Shown here: piece by piece, positions 39,116 to 51,498 of the stretch
Numbering within the stretch: position 1 is the stretch's first letter
How the letters are laid out: each line of letters opens with the position of its first letter
Origin: a virus
IMG/VR virus record: IMGVR_UViG_3300037493_003022
Location: 32,001 to 96,000 of that record
Direction: 5' to 3' (one strand)
Length of the DNA: 64,000 bases
Translations under genes and position numbers: made by a program
Notes under the pieces: model-generated
Told to the model about the DNA's origin: nothing
Databases searched by the model: none
What the model saw: only the letters and a program-made list of their open reading frames with translations

Positions 39116-42100
39116 ATTATCCTCTTTGTTCTTTCGAGCATGTTTTCGATTGAGTTTTGAATACCTCTTTAGTTACGTTTACTCCATCTACAATAGACCT
39201 ACACCAGCAATCTGGTGTGTCGCAGGAGAGTTTTCTTGCTGCGGCTTCTTTATGGCGAGTAATGATAGTGTCAATCGAAGCTACACCGACTATATCATTG
39301 TGATGAAACCACCTTCGAGATAAGCCGTGACCTTCACAATGGTAAACGACGTTACCCTGGTAATTCTCATCGACTTCGAAAACTCTGAATTCTCCGTAAC
39401 CTTTGACTGTTACTATATCTCCTACCCTGAAGTCTCTAGTAGTCATGGCTTCCACTTTTTGGCAGCTGCGCACACAGATTTAATCGCTGCTCCATCCCAC
39501 CCCTTCCACCCTAACTTCCTAGACGCGGCATCCTGGAGAGCGAACACATCAGCATCTCTAATGGGGTCTCCCTCCATAGCTACAATATAGCCGGCGACAG
39601 TTAGGTAGTGCCTTCCACAAGAGAAACCCCAATCAACTAACGGCTTCTCTTTATTCTGATTCCCAAAACTTACGTTATCGACCCACTTGGTGCATGTCGC
39701 GCACATCTCTGTCTGGCAGCTTGCGCAGCCAACTGATTCTTTGGTTTCGTCGGTCATGTCACCGATCCCTTGAGCAGAGTAGGAATATACTGATTACTGT
39801 ACCCTTCATGTTACCTCCCAGTAAAAAAGAACGTCCACACTGGAGCTGACGGATGTGCTAGCGACCAAATGAGGTACTTAACTAAAACGATCGCTGCTAT
39901 AAATACAGCTACGGCTAGGACAATCATAAACTCCTTCATATCACTTCTCTAGCTCCCAGTTTGGTTCAAAGTTATGGATTAAATTCCCTACCTCTTTCGG
40001 GGTAAGCACACCTTTCTCTATGAGAAGCATGAGCAGACCTGGAACTATACCCTCGAGAGATCTAAAGCACGAGGTCTCTATCTCTCTATCGAGATGAACT
40101 TCTCGGTGTCCCCATGCGTCATGTTCTACTATCCTCATCTGTCGCGAATCCTTTCGTAGTATCCTTGGACGATGGCGTCGTTCTTGTACTGTCTCGCAGC
40201 AGAAGAGTCTTCGAAGCCCTCTTTCTCCATCTGCCACGCTCTGAAACGAACCTTCACTCTATCCATGAGTACGTTGTAGGTTTCTTGATTCTTTAGATCG
40301 AGAGTTCCATCTGGAGAAGACTCCATCATCTTCTTCGCTTCTTGGCCGAAGATTTCTGAGAAGCGATCGGCTTCTTCTTGAGTCTCTATGACTGCGATAG
40401 TCATACTCCTGCCTCGTTATGACGATCCTCTGTAGAGTTCAACAGCGAGAGATAGTAGTCCTCGGAGATGATAACTACCTTTTGTCGTGCGAAAAATCCG
40501 CAGCTAGAAAGAACTGGCCGAAGGTCATTCCAATTCTCAGCTCTAATGGAAAGGGTGTTGTTATAGGACTGCGACGGTACAATCAACGCATCACACACTA
40601 CAGGCTTCATTTTGATTCTTCTCCGTTGGCTGTTTGGGTCTCATAGACCGAACATGTAAAACTCTTCAACCATATTTGGCTTTACCATCTCGGACCCAGC
40701 TTCTCATCCCGATCGCGAATTTCTATGAGATAACCGATGGCACTCTTTAACCCGTGGATAGCAATCAGATTCATCAAATCTGTAAACATCAACCGAGTCT
40801 TCAGCTCACCGATCTTAGATACGAGCTTTGGCCTCGTGAGAGCACGAAGAGAGGTCATGGCCTCATACCAAGCCTCTGCTGACTTTCTATCGATTATGTC
40901 CACTACTGGACTCTCCAGACTTGATAGATACCTTTGCTACCTGAGAGGTTGAATTCCGAATAGGTAAACTGACCTACTTCCAATGCTGCGGGGAAGACGA
41001 TTCCTTTGTTACCACTGGGAAGGTAGTGCGCGTAACTCCGAAGATACACATTACCTTCATCGATAACTCCTATGAGACCTGGAGTTAGGAACCCGCCTTC
41101 CTCATCCCTTGGAGGATTTCCGTCATTGGCATCCCACAGGATGAACTTCTTTATCGCGATACCTTTTGCCATTTTGCAGGAGTTCTCACATGCGAGAGCT
41201 TTCTCGGCTGATTTGTACCTCGTGTTACAAAGCTCGCAAACGAACCTGTGGATAACTACTTCTTCGATCGTCTCTTTCATTGGTGATCATTCCTTACTCG
41301 CTCTCTTTCGAGGAAAGCTAGTGCTCGGTACTTAGTGAGAGCATCAATCAGGGCATCTGCTGATTCTGGTGTGATATGCCATGAGATAGGTTCCTCATTG
41401 TCGCATAGGGCGAGAGAAGAGATCTTCACATGGGGACCTTCACACTTGAATAGAAGTGCCCCATCCTTGTGATAAATCTCAAAGCACGGTTGAACTTTAG
41501 CTTCGGTCATTCTCCACCTCTTTCTCGAATCTTGTTTCTGAGTTCTTTGACTCTAAGTTTGTAATCAAGATCCTTACCGTAGTTCATAGTATGCGTCGTC
41601 AGGTAGTCTATCCAATGCTCAAGGGCGAGTTCTACTTCCTTCCACTCCCATACAGTTAAGTCATCTATGGGGAGAGCTTCTTTCATTCTAAAATTAATAC
41701 AAGTAGCTACTAGATTACCTTGATGTTCATACTTTGAGAAAACTTCACAATGCAATCTACTATAGCATACTGAACATAGATGTTCTGTCATGGTTTCACC
41801 TTAAATCGCAGTCATCGAATCTAGGACATCTGGCCTCATCCAACAACTGCTTGAGATGGATGATTCCCTCTTCTGCTGATTTTAACTTACCTCGGAGTTC
41901 CTGATTCTCATTATAAAGAGCGACAGTAGCGTAAGTCTGAGCTTTCAATTCATCTACTAATGTATCCTTAGACTCAGATCTATCCTTGCACCCTAAATAA
42001 GAGCAAGATGGGCACTCTATCCAAGCTCGAATAACCGTACCATCAGGAACTTCATTAGAAACAATGGAGCCGCAGTTACAGCAACGAATTCTCATCTCCA

Positions 42101-43727
42101 CACCACCCTTCCAGTAACCACCCTGCCGATTTTGATTCCAGGAATCTGGAGAAGGAGACGCTCGTAGATGCCGATGCCTACCCTATCAAGCCCGGAATAG
42201 GACTCGCTTTGGGAAAGAGCTGCCAAGGTTTTGAAACCACCTCCAAGAGCAGGCATCATCCTTGCTGCGGCTTTTCTATCAGCGTCCGTGAACTTATCGT
42301 CAGCATCCGGGTGGAGCGAATGGGAGAGCATGGGACCGGACAGGACGTGCTTGATGAAAGCTCCTTCGTCTGCTTCATCAGCATCATAGACGAGAGCGTT
42401 TTCTTCAGCGTTTTCCACATATCCTTCCAGGGTTCCACCCGAGGACGAGCAATCTCTTGCTGAAGCGTGCCATCCAGCAAGTCCTCTACCAAGACACGTC
42501 CATTTGGTGTCGTAGGGCATCAGTCTTCCTCCTCTTCTCCATGTAGCGCTTTCGGCATTTTCTTTTCGAAAAGATCTGCGAGCTTTTGCATAGTTTCGGA
42601 GATCTCGAAATCATTCTTATCGTCGAGTTCTTGAGCTTCAGGATAAGCTCCGATGGTCAGTTCGAGCATTTCAAAAGCCCGAAAGAGCATCGAGCATTTA
42701 CCACTATTCGCAGTCTCTTTTTGCCATACAAACACGAGTCACCTCCGTTTGTTGTTCAGAGTCTGGGCATGTTCTCCATCTTCGATCTTCGTAACTCACG
42801 ATAGTCCATCTCTTCGATGATGAGAGAGATTCTACGTTTGGCGGCTTTGAATTGTGATTCCATCTCACCCATGTAGAGTTCGGCGTCAGTCAACTCATCG
42901 TCGAGTTGCTGATCCGTCATCTTCTCTACTTTGGCATCATTGTCCGGGTCGTAGGTCATTTCAGACTCCTCGTTGTTGTTTCGAGTTGTTTTCATGAATC
43001 AATTATACAAGATAGCTGTAGATAAGAGAAGATAAAAGAGAAGTCTACAAAGATTAACTAAGGTCACACATTATCCCAAGCCCTCTTATCCCCGTATCCA
43101 AGTTGAGCACCTTCAACAAGAAATACATCACTACGGCTATCGCCTGGGTTAAGACAAGCTTCTTCAGGTTCACCGAGTTCACACTCAAAATCTTGCCGCT
43201 GGATAGCTCCTGCGATGGAGTATTCGAATGGCCAGTGCGGCTGGCTCATGATTCGAACATCAGCATCATCGTTGGCACCGTCGTCAGAGATCTCTTCTAA
43301 AAGCTCAATCAAAGCTCTGAGTTTCATTTCATACCTCCATATATACCCATGGTCTTACTGTTTCAGTTGAGACTCTGTGAAACTTAACAGCGGTATATCC
43401 TGGAACAATATCTTCCCTTTTACCTCCGCGTGTTTCTAGGCGGCGAGAATATTCTAGCGGAAAGTAGCGAGGAACTTCATGTTCATCCTCAAAGCCATCT
43501 TTCCAGAAGAATTTAACTCTGACGTAGCTAGAGTTACTCATACTTCCTCCAGATGTTCGCAACAGTCTTCGAGGTCGCCGTTTTGTTCGAAGTCACAGTC
43601 CTGGGGAACATTCGTATTCCACGGCTTCCTATTCCAAGATGGCGCTAGAGGACAACCTCCCATCATACCTTTTCGATGATGGGTACAGACGACCTTCTTA
43701 CCCTTGAGAACGCCCCCGTCTTTCCAG

Positions 43728-43889
43728 TCAACTTTCTCCATCTGAAACCTCCTCGTATCTATTGCAGGCGGGAGAATCTTCATCTTTTGCGAGATAGAAC
43801 TTCAAACAACCTGTTTTATAGCGAAAATACTCGCATGAAGCACAAGTGGGAGCTTCGTTTTGTTCATTTTCGTTTTGATTGTTTGGCAT
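43728..43889 (-). CDS. 53-aa Cys-rich protein, probably leaderless (below ORF-track cutoff)
   Basis: MPNNQNENEQNEAPTCASCEYFRYKTGCLKFYLAKDEDSPACNRYEEVSDGES; ATG 6 nt after TACAAT; no SD. Confidence 0.6.
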   Translation of the reverse strand: MPNNQNENEQNEAPTCASCEYFRYKTGCLKFYLAKDEDSPACNRYEEVSDGES

Positions 43890-45364
43890 GAGTCAATTGT
43901 AGCAAACAACTGAGTTAAAAAGAAGGGAATAAGAAGAGCTGTTTTTGAAGAAATAGCTGTGAAAACTGGGGGTTCGCTCCGCTCACCATATTCAAGCAGA
44001 GGAAAGGAAGAAAGGCAGGACTTAAGAGTGTCATATCCTAGATAGCATGTCAAGAGAATAAGTTAGACCTATCTACCTAGTGGAAATGATTGGTATTTCG
44101 GGAGAAACGATTCTTAGGTGAGAGCTACATTACTCCAGTTTTTCCAACTTTAGCTCTAGCCTAAATTCGGAGTTCGAATAACAACCTCATTCAGATTGTA
44201 CTTAGCTACTCCAGCTTCTGTTTCTGAGGGATACTGCATAGCCCACTTGTCGCCGAATGTGTGGAGCATCTTCTCTCGGGCTCTATCCCAGCTTCCTTGA
44301 ATCTTAATGTAGCATCCAGCAAAGACGGGATGACCAACACCAAACGTAAAGACCCACTCTCTGATGTCTTCTGTCATGATTTCACCTTGTAGGGAATTGG
44401 AGCGTCCTCGTCTACTTCTTCTTCCTTGAAGGAAATTTCGCCAGAAATAAGAGCTTGCTCAGCTCCCATTACAGAATCGAAATTGCCGCATACTGGACAT
44501 CGATAACCCATTGCGTCAGGTTCAACTCCGTCTGCTGTGAACTCTTCACAGATCGTACACCAACCCGCATCGTCCTCCTGGGCAGCGAGGTACTCCTCTT
44601 CTAGAATAATCTTCATCGGTCCTCCTAGTCAGTGAATTCGGGAACGGCCCCGATAACTTGATACACGAGAGAGTGCTTGATGAGACAGGTACACTCGGCG
44701 AGGGACAGTCCGGGCCATAGTTCGCGATACCTGGGATGGTAACAGTCCATCCGGCTATGAGGAATCTGGTTAAGATTCGGATCTTCCAGAAAGAGTTTCG
44801 TCAACTCCTCCTTGGTTCCGAAAATCGTCGTGTTGAGAAAGCTAACTCCTGTCATCTTCCTCATATGACAATATTTCTCGAAATACTCCCTGCTTGTCTT
44901 ACATTTCAGCATTAAACAATCCTTCCGTAAGGGCCGTCATCGGCCGCATTTGCATCCTGTTGTTGTCGAATCAACTCGCCATAACGACGAGTCACATCGT
45001 AAATTAGCGGAGCCTGGAGGAAGGGAAACCACCCGGCTGAGTGATCCTTGCACACCCTCTCGATGAGTTCCTGAATTTCGGTAGGGTCGGAATCCTCGGA
45101 GAGAAGATCAACCTCTACCGAGTATTCGTAAACGTCCTCTCGCCAGACATCATCCTTCCTGCGCGCAAAATAGCCCTCGCTATCCAAAGAGGTGACGTAA
45201 ATACTCTCTAGACATCCGTCCGGGCATTTTCCAGCGTTCAGATTGCAGGAATTACACTTCATGATCGACCTCCATTGTTTGTTTGGTGGTTGTTTTCATG
45301 AGTTAATTATAGCAGACGCTTAGATAAAGAGGAGGGAAAACAGAGAGCTTAAAGAAGGAGAATA

Positions 45365-45478
45365 CTACCCGTAATTAGCTAACGGGGGTTAGGCCGCATT
45401 AGATTGCCTTGAACGGATAATCCACTGAGCGCAAACGATTGTTCATTCGAGTCCCTAGGCGCACCTAATTACGGGTAG
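45365..45478. ncRNA. Candidate structured RNA closed by a perfect 14-bp stem
   Basis: CTACCCGTAATTAG (45365-45378) / CTAATTACGGGTAG (45465-45478); internal small hairpins; intergenic. Confidence 0.4.
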
Positions 45479-48400
45479 CACCGAAGAATTATTCTTCGGA
45501 AATCTCCAAAATCACAGTAACCTACTTCTGAGTTTCTCCAAAATTTTGATGCAACTCTTGCAGGTAACTTTTTCTAAATAAACTGTGAGCTTGTACTTAG
45601 ACCCCGTATACATGGAAGACCTGGATTCTGCTTTGCATACAGGTGTCGGTTCGAAGAATCTACCATCTCTAAAGTGAATAACAACAGCTCTATCCCTATT
45701 TCTAGTTCTAAGAGAGCTTTCTTCCCCCATCATCGTTCCCATTCTTTAGGAAGAAACCCGCCCTTAGAAAGCCACTCGTCAAGACCCATAACTAGGGATA
45801 CAAGACGATCAGCTTTTAACTCAACCTCTCTGCTGGAGAGATAAGAGCCCGAATCTAACTCTTTCGTTATCTCACGAATCTCTCTAAGATTTTCATTTGG
45901 GTCCATCTATAACCTCCAGTATCTGCTTCAAGGAAGCATTGTCGAAAGATAGGACTTTCATCCACCTGCCAGCTTGATAACGAAATCCAGAACCACAGCA
46001 CAAGCAAAGAACAAGAGAGTCTTTTGGCCCGGTGTTAGAAGCGCATGAGCACCAGGAGTCTCGATAGAGTTCGACGCTTTCCCTGTGAGGGCTTTCACTA
46101 TCTTCTACCTCCTTGAAGATGATCTCAGTCATTTCAATCTTGAGTGATAGCTTCTATTGAAAGAGGATACTTAGTTGGTTGTTCGCTATCGTACTCCGCA
46201 TACTTAGTACGCCAGAAGTCACGATCGTCTGAGAGGGCTTTCTTCTCATTGGCGAGGCAAGCCTTCTCGTATGCTTGCTCACGAACACGGCTTTCCAGCT
46301 CTTGAATCCTGACTTTCTTCAGAGTGATCTTCTCCATAAGCTCCTCGTTCCTTGCGAGCGCAGCTTCATGGAGTTGCTCAAGTCGAACACGAGTAGTCTT
46401 CTCCTTGCAGGTCTCCTTGACGGCAAGGTCTCTGATCTCCTCGTACTCCTTCAGCTCCTTATTGCGCTGAGCAGCTTTCTTGTGAAGCTGGGTAGTGATC
46501 TCTTTGAACTCGTCCTCTTGGTCGTCAAGTGTGGCCATGAGAGCCCGAATGGCAACCTCAGCGAGTTCCTTGCTCTCTAGGACGACTGTCAGGTTGTACG
46601 AGATGCCCGACTTAGTTGTGAGGATCTCGTGTTTCGCATTCGGCCCGAATGACATCTTGACCTGCTGCTCCGCACGTTCCGCATTCGTCAGAGTTTCTTC
46701 GTTCATCTTCGTCTCGTTCATGTCTGTTTCTCCTTGGGTATCCATCGTCTAGTTGCGCGGAATCCATTTTCCGCAAAAATCTGTTTAGTCGGTCAATATC
46801 CATCAGGAAATCTTCTTTCCGATGACAGCGAGAACCCTGTATGAGTCGCGGGGAACCATGTCAAGGGCGTCTGTGATAAGATCGAGCCAGGAATTCTCGA
46901 TAGTGATGATTTCGGTGACGCCGTCTCTCTTCAACGAAACTGTGACAAACCACTTCATTTCAACTCCTTTTGCTACGCTCCTCGTATTGAGTGAGCAGTT
47001 TGTTTGATTAGTTGGCATGTAGGAATCATATAGCAGAACTTGATCAGTTTCGAGCATTTTAAAACGGCTGTTTATTTTGGTTTCCCGCCGTTTATCGAAA
47101 TCTTGATATGCTTTCCGTCCTCGTTCGTCTCCGCGTCTTCGTGTAGAAGCTTCGAAAAGATAGCCCATGATTCCCATTTGTCGGGCTTCTTTTCCTTTGG
47201 TTTCTTTCCATAGTTCAATAGGAACTTCGGAGTTATTAACTGGTCCAGCTCCATAATAGCGTCCATAAATCCGCATAATACAGAGTTCAGAGGACGCCAT
47301 AGCAGCAAGATCAGCCGCCTGGACACCCGCAGGAACCTCTGCATTTACGACCGGCGGGAAGTACAGAAGTGGCCCATGATCTCTGAAAGCTTCTTGTCGA
47401 AGATCCTGGTGACAGGAAGAAGCATGTTCTTCAACTCCTCCAGGTCGTTCTCGTCGAGATCGTCCTCGGGAAGACTCCACTGGATAGGAGCCTCCGAAGG
47501 GGTAATCTCCAGAGTGATTTGGAAACTCCCGCTCTTCTCCACGGCTCGAACTTGAAAGCCTCCAGCGATGACACCGAACTTGATATTGTCTGACCTCATG
47601 ATGACTTCCTTTTGAACACCTTTTCATTTGTTTGCGAAATACGAACAAAGTTTGTGATGTGTTCATGGGTTAATTATAGGGGATAGCTTGTTGGTTTAAT
47701 AGTAAAAAAGTTAAACATATCTCAGTTGAAGAGAATTAGTGTGCGAGGGTATGCACAGATAAAGAAGGGAGATCAGGTAGAGAATTTTACAGAAGATACT
47801 TAGGAGAGAACGTGCGAGGAAGAGGGGTGCTCAAGAACTTCTAGTTCATCACCGGCTTGGAAAGGGAGCGACTCAGTATCGAATCGAATCTCTTCCTTCA
47901 GAGGATTGTTTCCACCCGAGGAATACTCTTTCCACATTCGTTTCTTTTTGAGATCTCCGACAAGGATAACTGCGATTGTCGATCGCTTATTTAAGCGAGG
48001 TCTGCCGAGAACAAGCTTTGTGCCAGGGTCGTAATCAGAAGCCTTCAGGATTACGTAATCCCAAACATTCAACCCGTCATTGAAAGTTCCATCCGGTTGT
48101 ACTACCCAGCGGTAACCCATGAAACATCTCCAGTCTTCGACTTACAGACCGCTAACCACAAAGCTTTTTACTTTTTCGGCTCTATCTCAGTTGTAGAGAA
48201 TGGGAGCCTTGGAAGTAGGGAATGCGATAACATTGCCCTCATATACCATCGGAACAGGCTCATGGAAAGAACTAAGAGACTCTCTAACTAAAGAATCGAA
48301 CTCGACCGGGGAAATTTGGCAGGCACTTGCGGAATAAACTTTCATGCTAATCAGCAGTTGGCCCAGGGCGTCTTTGAATTCTTCTTTCGAGAGCTTCTTG

Positions 48401-48499
48401 GACATGTGGGTGTGCGACTCGGAGTCACCGTCACAACTCTTTTTGTACGTGAAGGTAGCGGACAGATCTTCAGATTGAGTATTCTTGCTGCGACAATGC

Positions 48500-49135
48500 T
48501 CACACATTCCGTTTCTCTCTTTCTATGTCTGCGATTCGTCGAATCGTCTCATTGCAGACACCCATTAGTTCCGCAATGGTCTGATGAGTCCAGCCTCGGC
48601 TTAGCAGGCGCTGAACTTTCTTTCTATCAGCGTCGCAAAGCTTAACCTGAACTTGTTTTTCGATGGATTCTTTTTTGACGGAGTGGACAAGGCGATTCAC
48701 TTTTGCTCTGGACATGCCAAGAAGAGCTGCAATAGACCTTTCGGATTTACCGAAACGCTTCAATTGCCGGGCTTGCTCTATCTCTTCTTCTGTAATGCTG
48801 CCTGGAGATCGGCGGGGCTTAGACCAGCCCAGTTGGTCGAGGGTCTCTACATCGTAGACACCTACTGGGCGTCCGTGGTGGTCTAGTTCAACTGCGACTA
48901 AACTATCTTTTCGCCCTTCAATGCCAAAAATAACTACTGGTCCGATGTCTTCATGGCGTCTGTGTTCCCCCGGAAAGAAATCTATATGTTTTTTGCCATC
49001 CGGGACAAACGTGGTCGAGTTCATCAAATGCCTCCAATAAACACCAACGAGTCTCTTCTGTCTCGTTATCATAAAGATGGCGAGAAGCCATCGCCACAGC
49101 CCAGAGGGCTCGTTCTCTGGAGAGGGCCTTCTCAC
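48500..49135 (-). CDS. Tandem helix-turn-helix DNA-binding protein
   Basis: GKSERSIAALLGMSRAKVNR and GWTHQTIAELMGVCNETIRR; true start probably downstream of the track start. Confidence 0.8.
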   Translation of the reverse strand: MRRPSPENEPSGLWRWLLAIFMITRQKRLVGVYWRHLMNSTTFVPDGKKHIDFFPGEHRRHEDIGPVVIFGIEGRKDSLVAVELDHHGRPVGVYDVETLDQLGWSKPRRSPGSITEEEIEQARQLKRFGKSERSIAALLGMSRAKVNRLVHSVKKESIEKQVQVKLCDADRKKVQRLLSRGWTHQTIAELMGVCNETIRRIADIEREKRNV

Positions 49136-49153
49136 TGCCTGGAGGGTTCTGGC

Positions 49154-49762
49154 TCACTTGGAGTATGCTTCCTTCTCAGAAACTAAATCACGAGTGATCG
49201 CTCTCGATTCAGAGAATTTATCGCCGTAACGAGCTTGGAGCTTGGCGATGTTCTTATCGAGAACTTCTTCCACTGTAATGCACATCGCCGCACAGCACAA
49301 AAGAACGCTGTCGTAGTAGCCGGAAAGAACGTCGCGAACCAGCTCATGGTCCAGCTCTTTCCCATAGAAGATATGGGCCTTAACCATGTCGCAGAAGGTG
49401 GAGCTGTAAAGACAGAGCTTCAGGCAGCCGTCCTCCAGAATCATTTGGCTGATACTCATATCAATGATTTCGGGGGTCTGACCACCAAAGTCAGACATGT
49501 CTGCGAATCCGCAAGAGCAAGCGAGATTCAAAAACCAGCAGCAGTCTCCAAGCTCGGCAACGACTCCCTGGAAGGTCTCGAGAGGCCAGTCGGCCATAGC
49601 CTCGAAGCCGACGATCTCCAAAACCTCTCCTGCTTCTGAGGACATCCCAAGAGCTGCATGGAGGGTATCAACACTGGAAAAGGAGGACATCCTCTGCTTG
49701 ATGGCGGGGTAGTCTCCTGCGGCAGTTCGCAATGCGAGAGGGGAATACTCTTTCGGTGTCAT
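49154..49762 (-). CDS. MazG-like all-alpha NTP pyrophosphohydrolase
   Basis: LHAALGMSSEAGEV, ELGDCCWF, NIAKLQARY..KFS. Confidence 0.85.
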   Translation of the reverse strand: MTPKEYSPLALRTAAGDYPAIKQRMSSFSSVDTLHAALGMSSEAGEVLEIVGFEAMADWPLETFQGVVAELGDCCWFLNLACSCGFADMSDFGGQTPEIIDMSISQMILEDGCLKLCLYSSTFCDMVKAHIFYGKELDHELVRDVLSGYYDSVLLCCAAMCITVEEVLDKNIAKLQARYGDKFSESRAITRDLVSEKEAYSK

Positions 49763-49763
49763 G

Positions 49764-50117
49764 TCATTCTCCTGTTAGTGCGTGGTAAGCGACTTCTGCG
49801 GCGCCTTGTCGTTTACTCCGCGGATCGTTTTCGTGATAGGTGGAATCCTTAACTGTCCCAATGCCTCTGCATAAACGACAACGATGAACGAATTCCTCCC
49901 TTCCAGAAGGAAGCGTCCTAATTACATACGGAAAATTGAATGTCTTTATGGTGCGGTCGCCCTTCCAGATAGGATAGAATCTTCCCGACCCGCCGCAAAC
50001 CCTGCACTCGCCTTCAATTTTCTGACTCACAGGATGGACAAATTTTCCTGTCCCATTGCATTTTTTGCATGGATATGAAAATGCACCCTCTCCATTACAT
50101 TGCGGACATGTTGCCAC
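49764..50117 (-). CDS. DnaJ-type zinc finger protein
   Basis: Four CxxCxGxG repeats. Confidence 0.85.
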   Translation of the reverse strand: MATCPQCNGEGAFSYPCKKCNGTGKFVHPVSQKIEGECRVCGGSGRFYPIWKGDRTIKTFNFPYVIRTLPSGREEFVHRCRLCRGIGTVKDSTYHENDPRSKRQGAAEVAYHALTGE

Positions 50118-50809
50118 GATTCCTCCTCTACCAAACTTAGTTAACGAGTGGAACTACGCCGAAAGGCGCGGGGAAGTTTTCTTGAGCCGCTTCGAGTGAA
50201 CGGTAATAGAACCGCACACAATGCACATCTCAACATCTATCCCCTCGGCGAAAGATTCCACTTTCCATTCATAACCACAGGCACACTGAACGGTGTGTCG
50301 AGGATCGTGAGTTTTGGTGGCTTCTACTGTCTGTCCGGTTTCGGTACTCATTGTGTACCTCCTGCTTTGATAGTAGGCAACCTCTCACGAATTTCAAGGG
50401 CTGTCAAACCGTTTTTAACTTCCTGAGAGACAAAACAGACACAATCACAGTCTCTACCCGGTGGGAATCTTCGTCAACCCGAGTAACAGAAACCACCTTG
50501 TTTGGGTGGAAGCGTTTGACTACGTAAACAGGACTACTTGGATGAATTTGAACGCTTTCTCCTACTAGGAACAGGTGCTTCGACAACTTCAACTGCCTTC
50601 TCCTTTGGTTTTCGATAGTAGAATCCGAACGAAGACAGAGTTGCTTTCGTGAGAACGACCGCATTGCTATCGGAAGGCTCTAGGGTAACTAGAAGTCCGT
50701 CGTCAGCGATAGTCTGAAGTCCCCAGCCATCAGCAGTTCCTTTCTTCTTTTTGTATGGAAGAACTTTACGGTCTCCTTGTTTAACAGCTTCAACTCTCAT
50801 GATGCCTCC

Positions 50810-51139
50810 TTATCTAGTTATAGTCTCAGAAGAGACAATATCGAATCCCCGCTCCCAGAAGTGGTTTACGAACACATCGAACTTGGGATCCTCCGAGCAG
50901 GAGAAAAAATCGATAAGAGCTTCGTTCTTTTCTGGCCAACTATGGAGAGTGCTGTGTGATTCTGAAAGCAAAACAGCCGTGGTAAATCCATGCGGGTAGA
51001 ACTGGTGCTTAGAAACCTGGAGAAGATGCGCTCCAGACTTATGAAGAGCCTCTATGAGAGTATTCTCCAACAGGAGATTATCGTACATCCTCACTGAATT
51101 TCGGCAGGAGACTTTCAAGATCAAATGCTGGTAGCTCAT
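50810..51139 (-). CDS. speD: S-adenosylmethionine decarboxylase proenzyme (pyruvoyl-dependent)
   Basis: H.F.PHGFT...LLSE|SH..LHSWPE...IDFFSC self-cleavage motif. Confidence 0.88.
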   Translation of the reverse strand: MSYQHLILKVSCRNSVRMYDNLLLENTLIEALHKSGAHLLQVSKHQFYPHGFTTAVLLSESHSTLHSWPEKNEALIDFFSCSEDPKFDVFVNHFWERGFDIVSSETITR

Positions 51140-51498
51140 TGGTATCCTCCTCTCTGATTTTTATAGGAAGCGCACTGGGAGTAGCGAGGGAACAAGTACC
51201 TCGAAGTGTAGGAGGACTTCCTAGGTCCCAGTCGGGAGGAAGAATACTGTTCTCGATAGCTCGAAGAGTCTCGATAGACCCCTTGATATCTCGGAGCTTC
51301 TGTTTGAAGTTCTTCTTACTAGAAATTTTCCGTCTGCCCATTGTCTATCACTTCGCCGATGACGAAGGAGCCTCCTATTGTGACAACTTTTTTATTTCTA
51401 GCATCTGAGAACAGTCCAACTGCTAGATACAGAATGAACAGAATAGACGCCATCAGAACTAGAAGTGAGAAGGAATACAGGGGATCTTGATATGCCAG

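Noticed and set aside
45365-45478. tRNA or retron msr-msd
   Set aside because: No cloverleaf or canonical T-arm, and no reverse transcriptase in the window; kept only as a generic structured-RNA candidate.
46803-47666. 287-aa ORF
   Set aside because: It overlaps better-supported genes (47345-47599, 47072-47344) and an internal promoter; only the last 50-70 codons look like a real gene.
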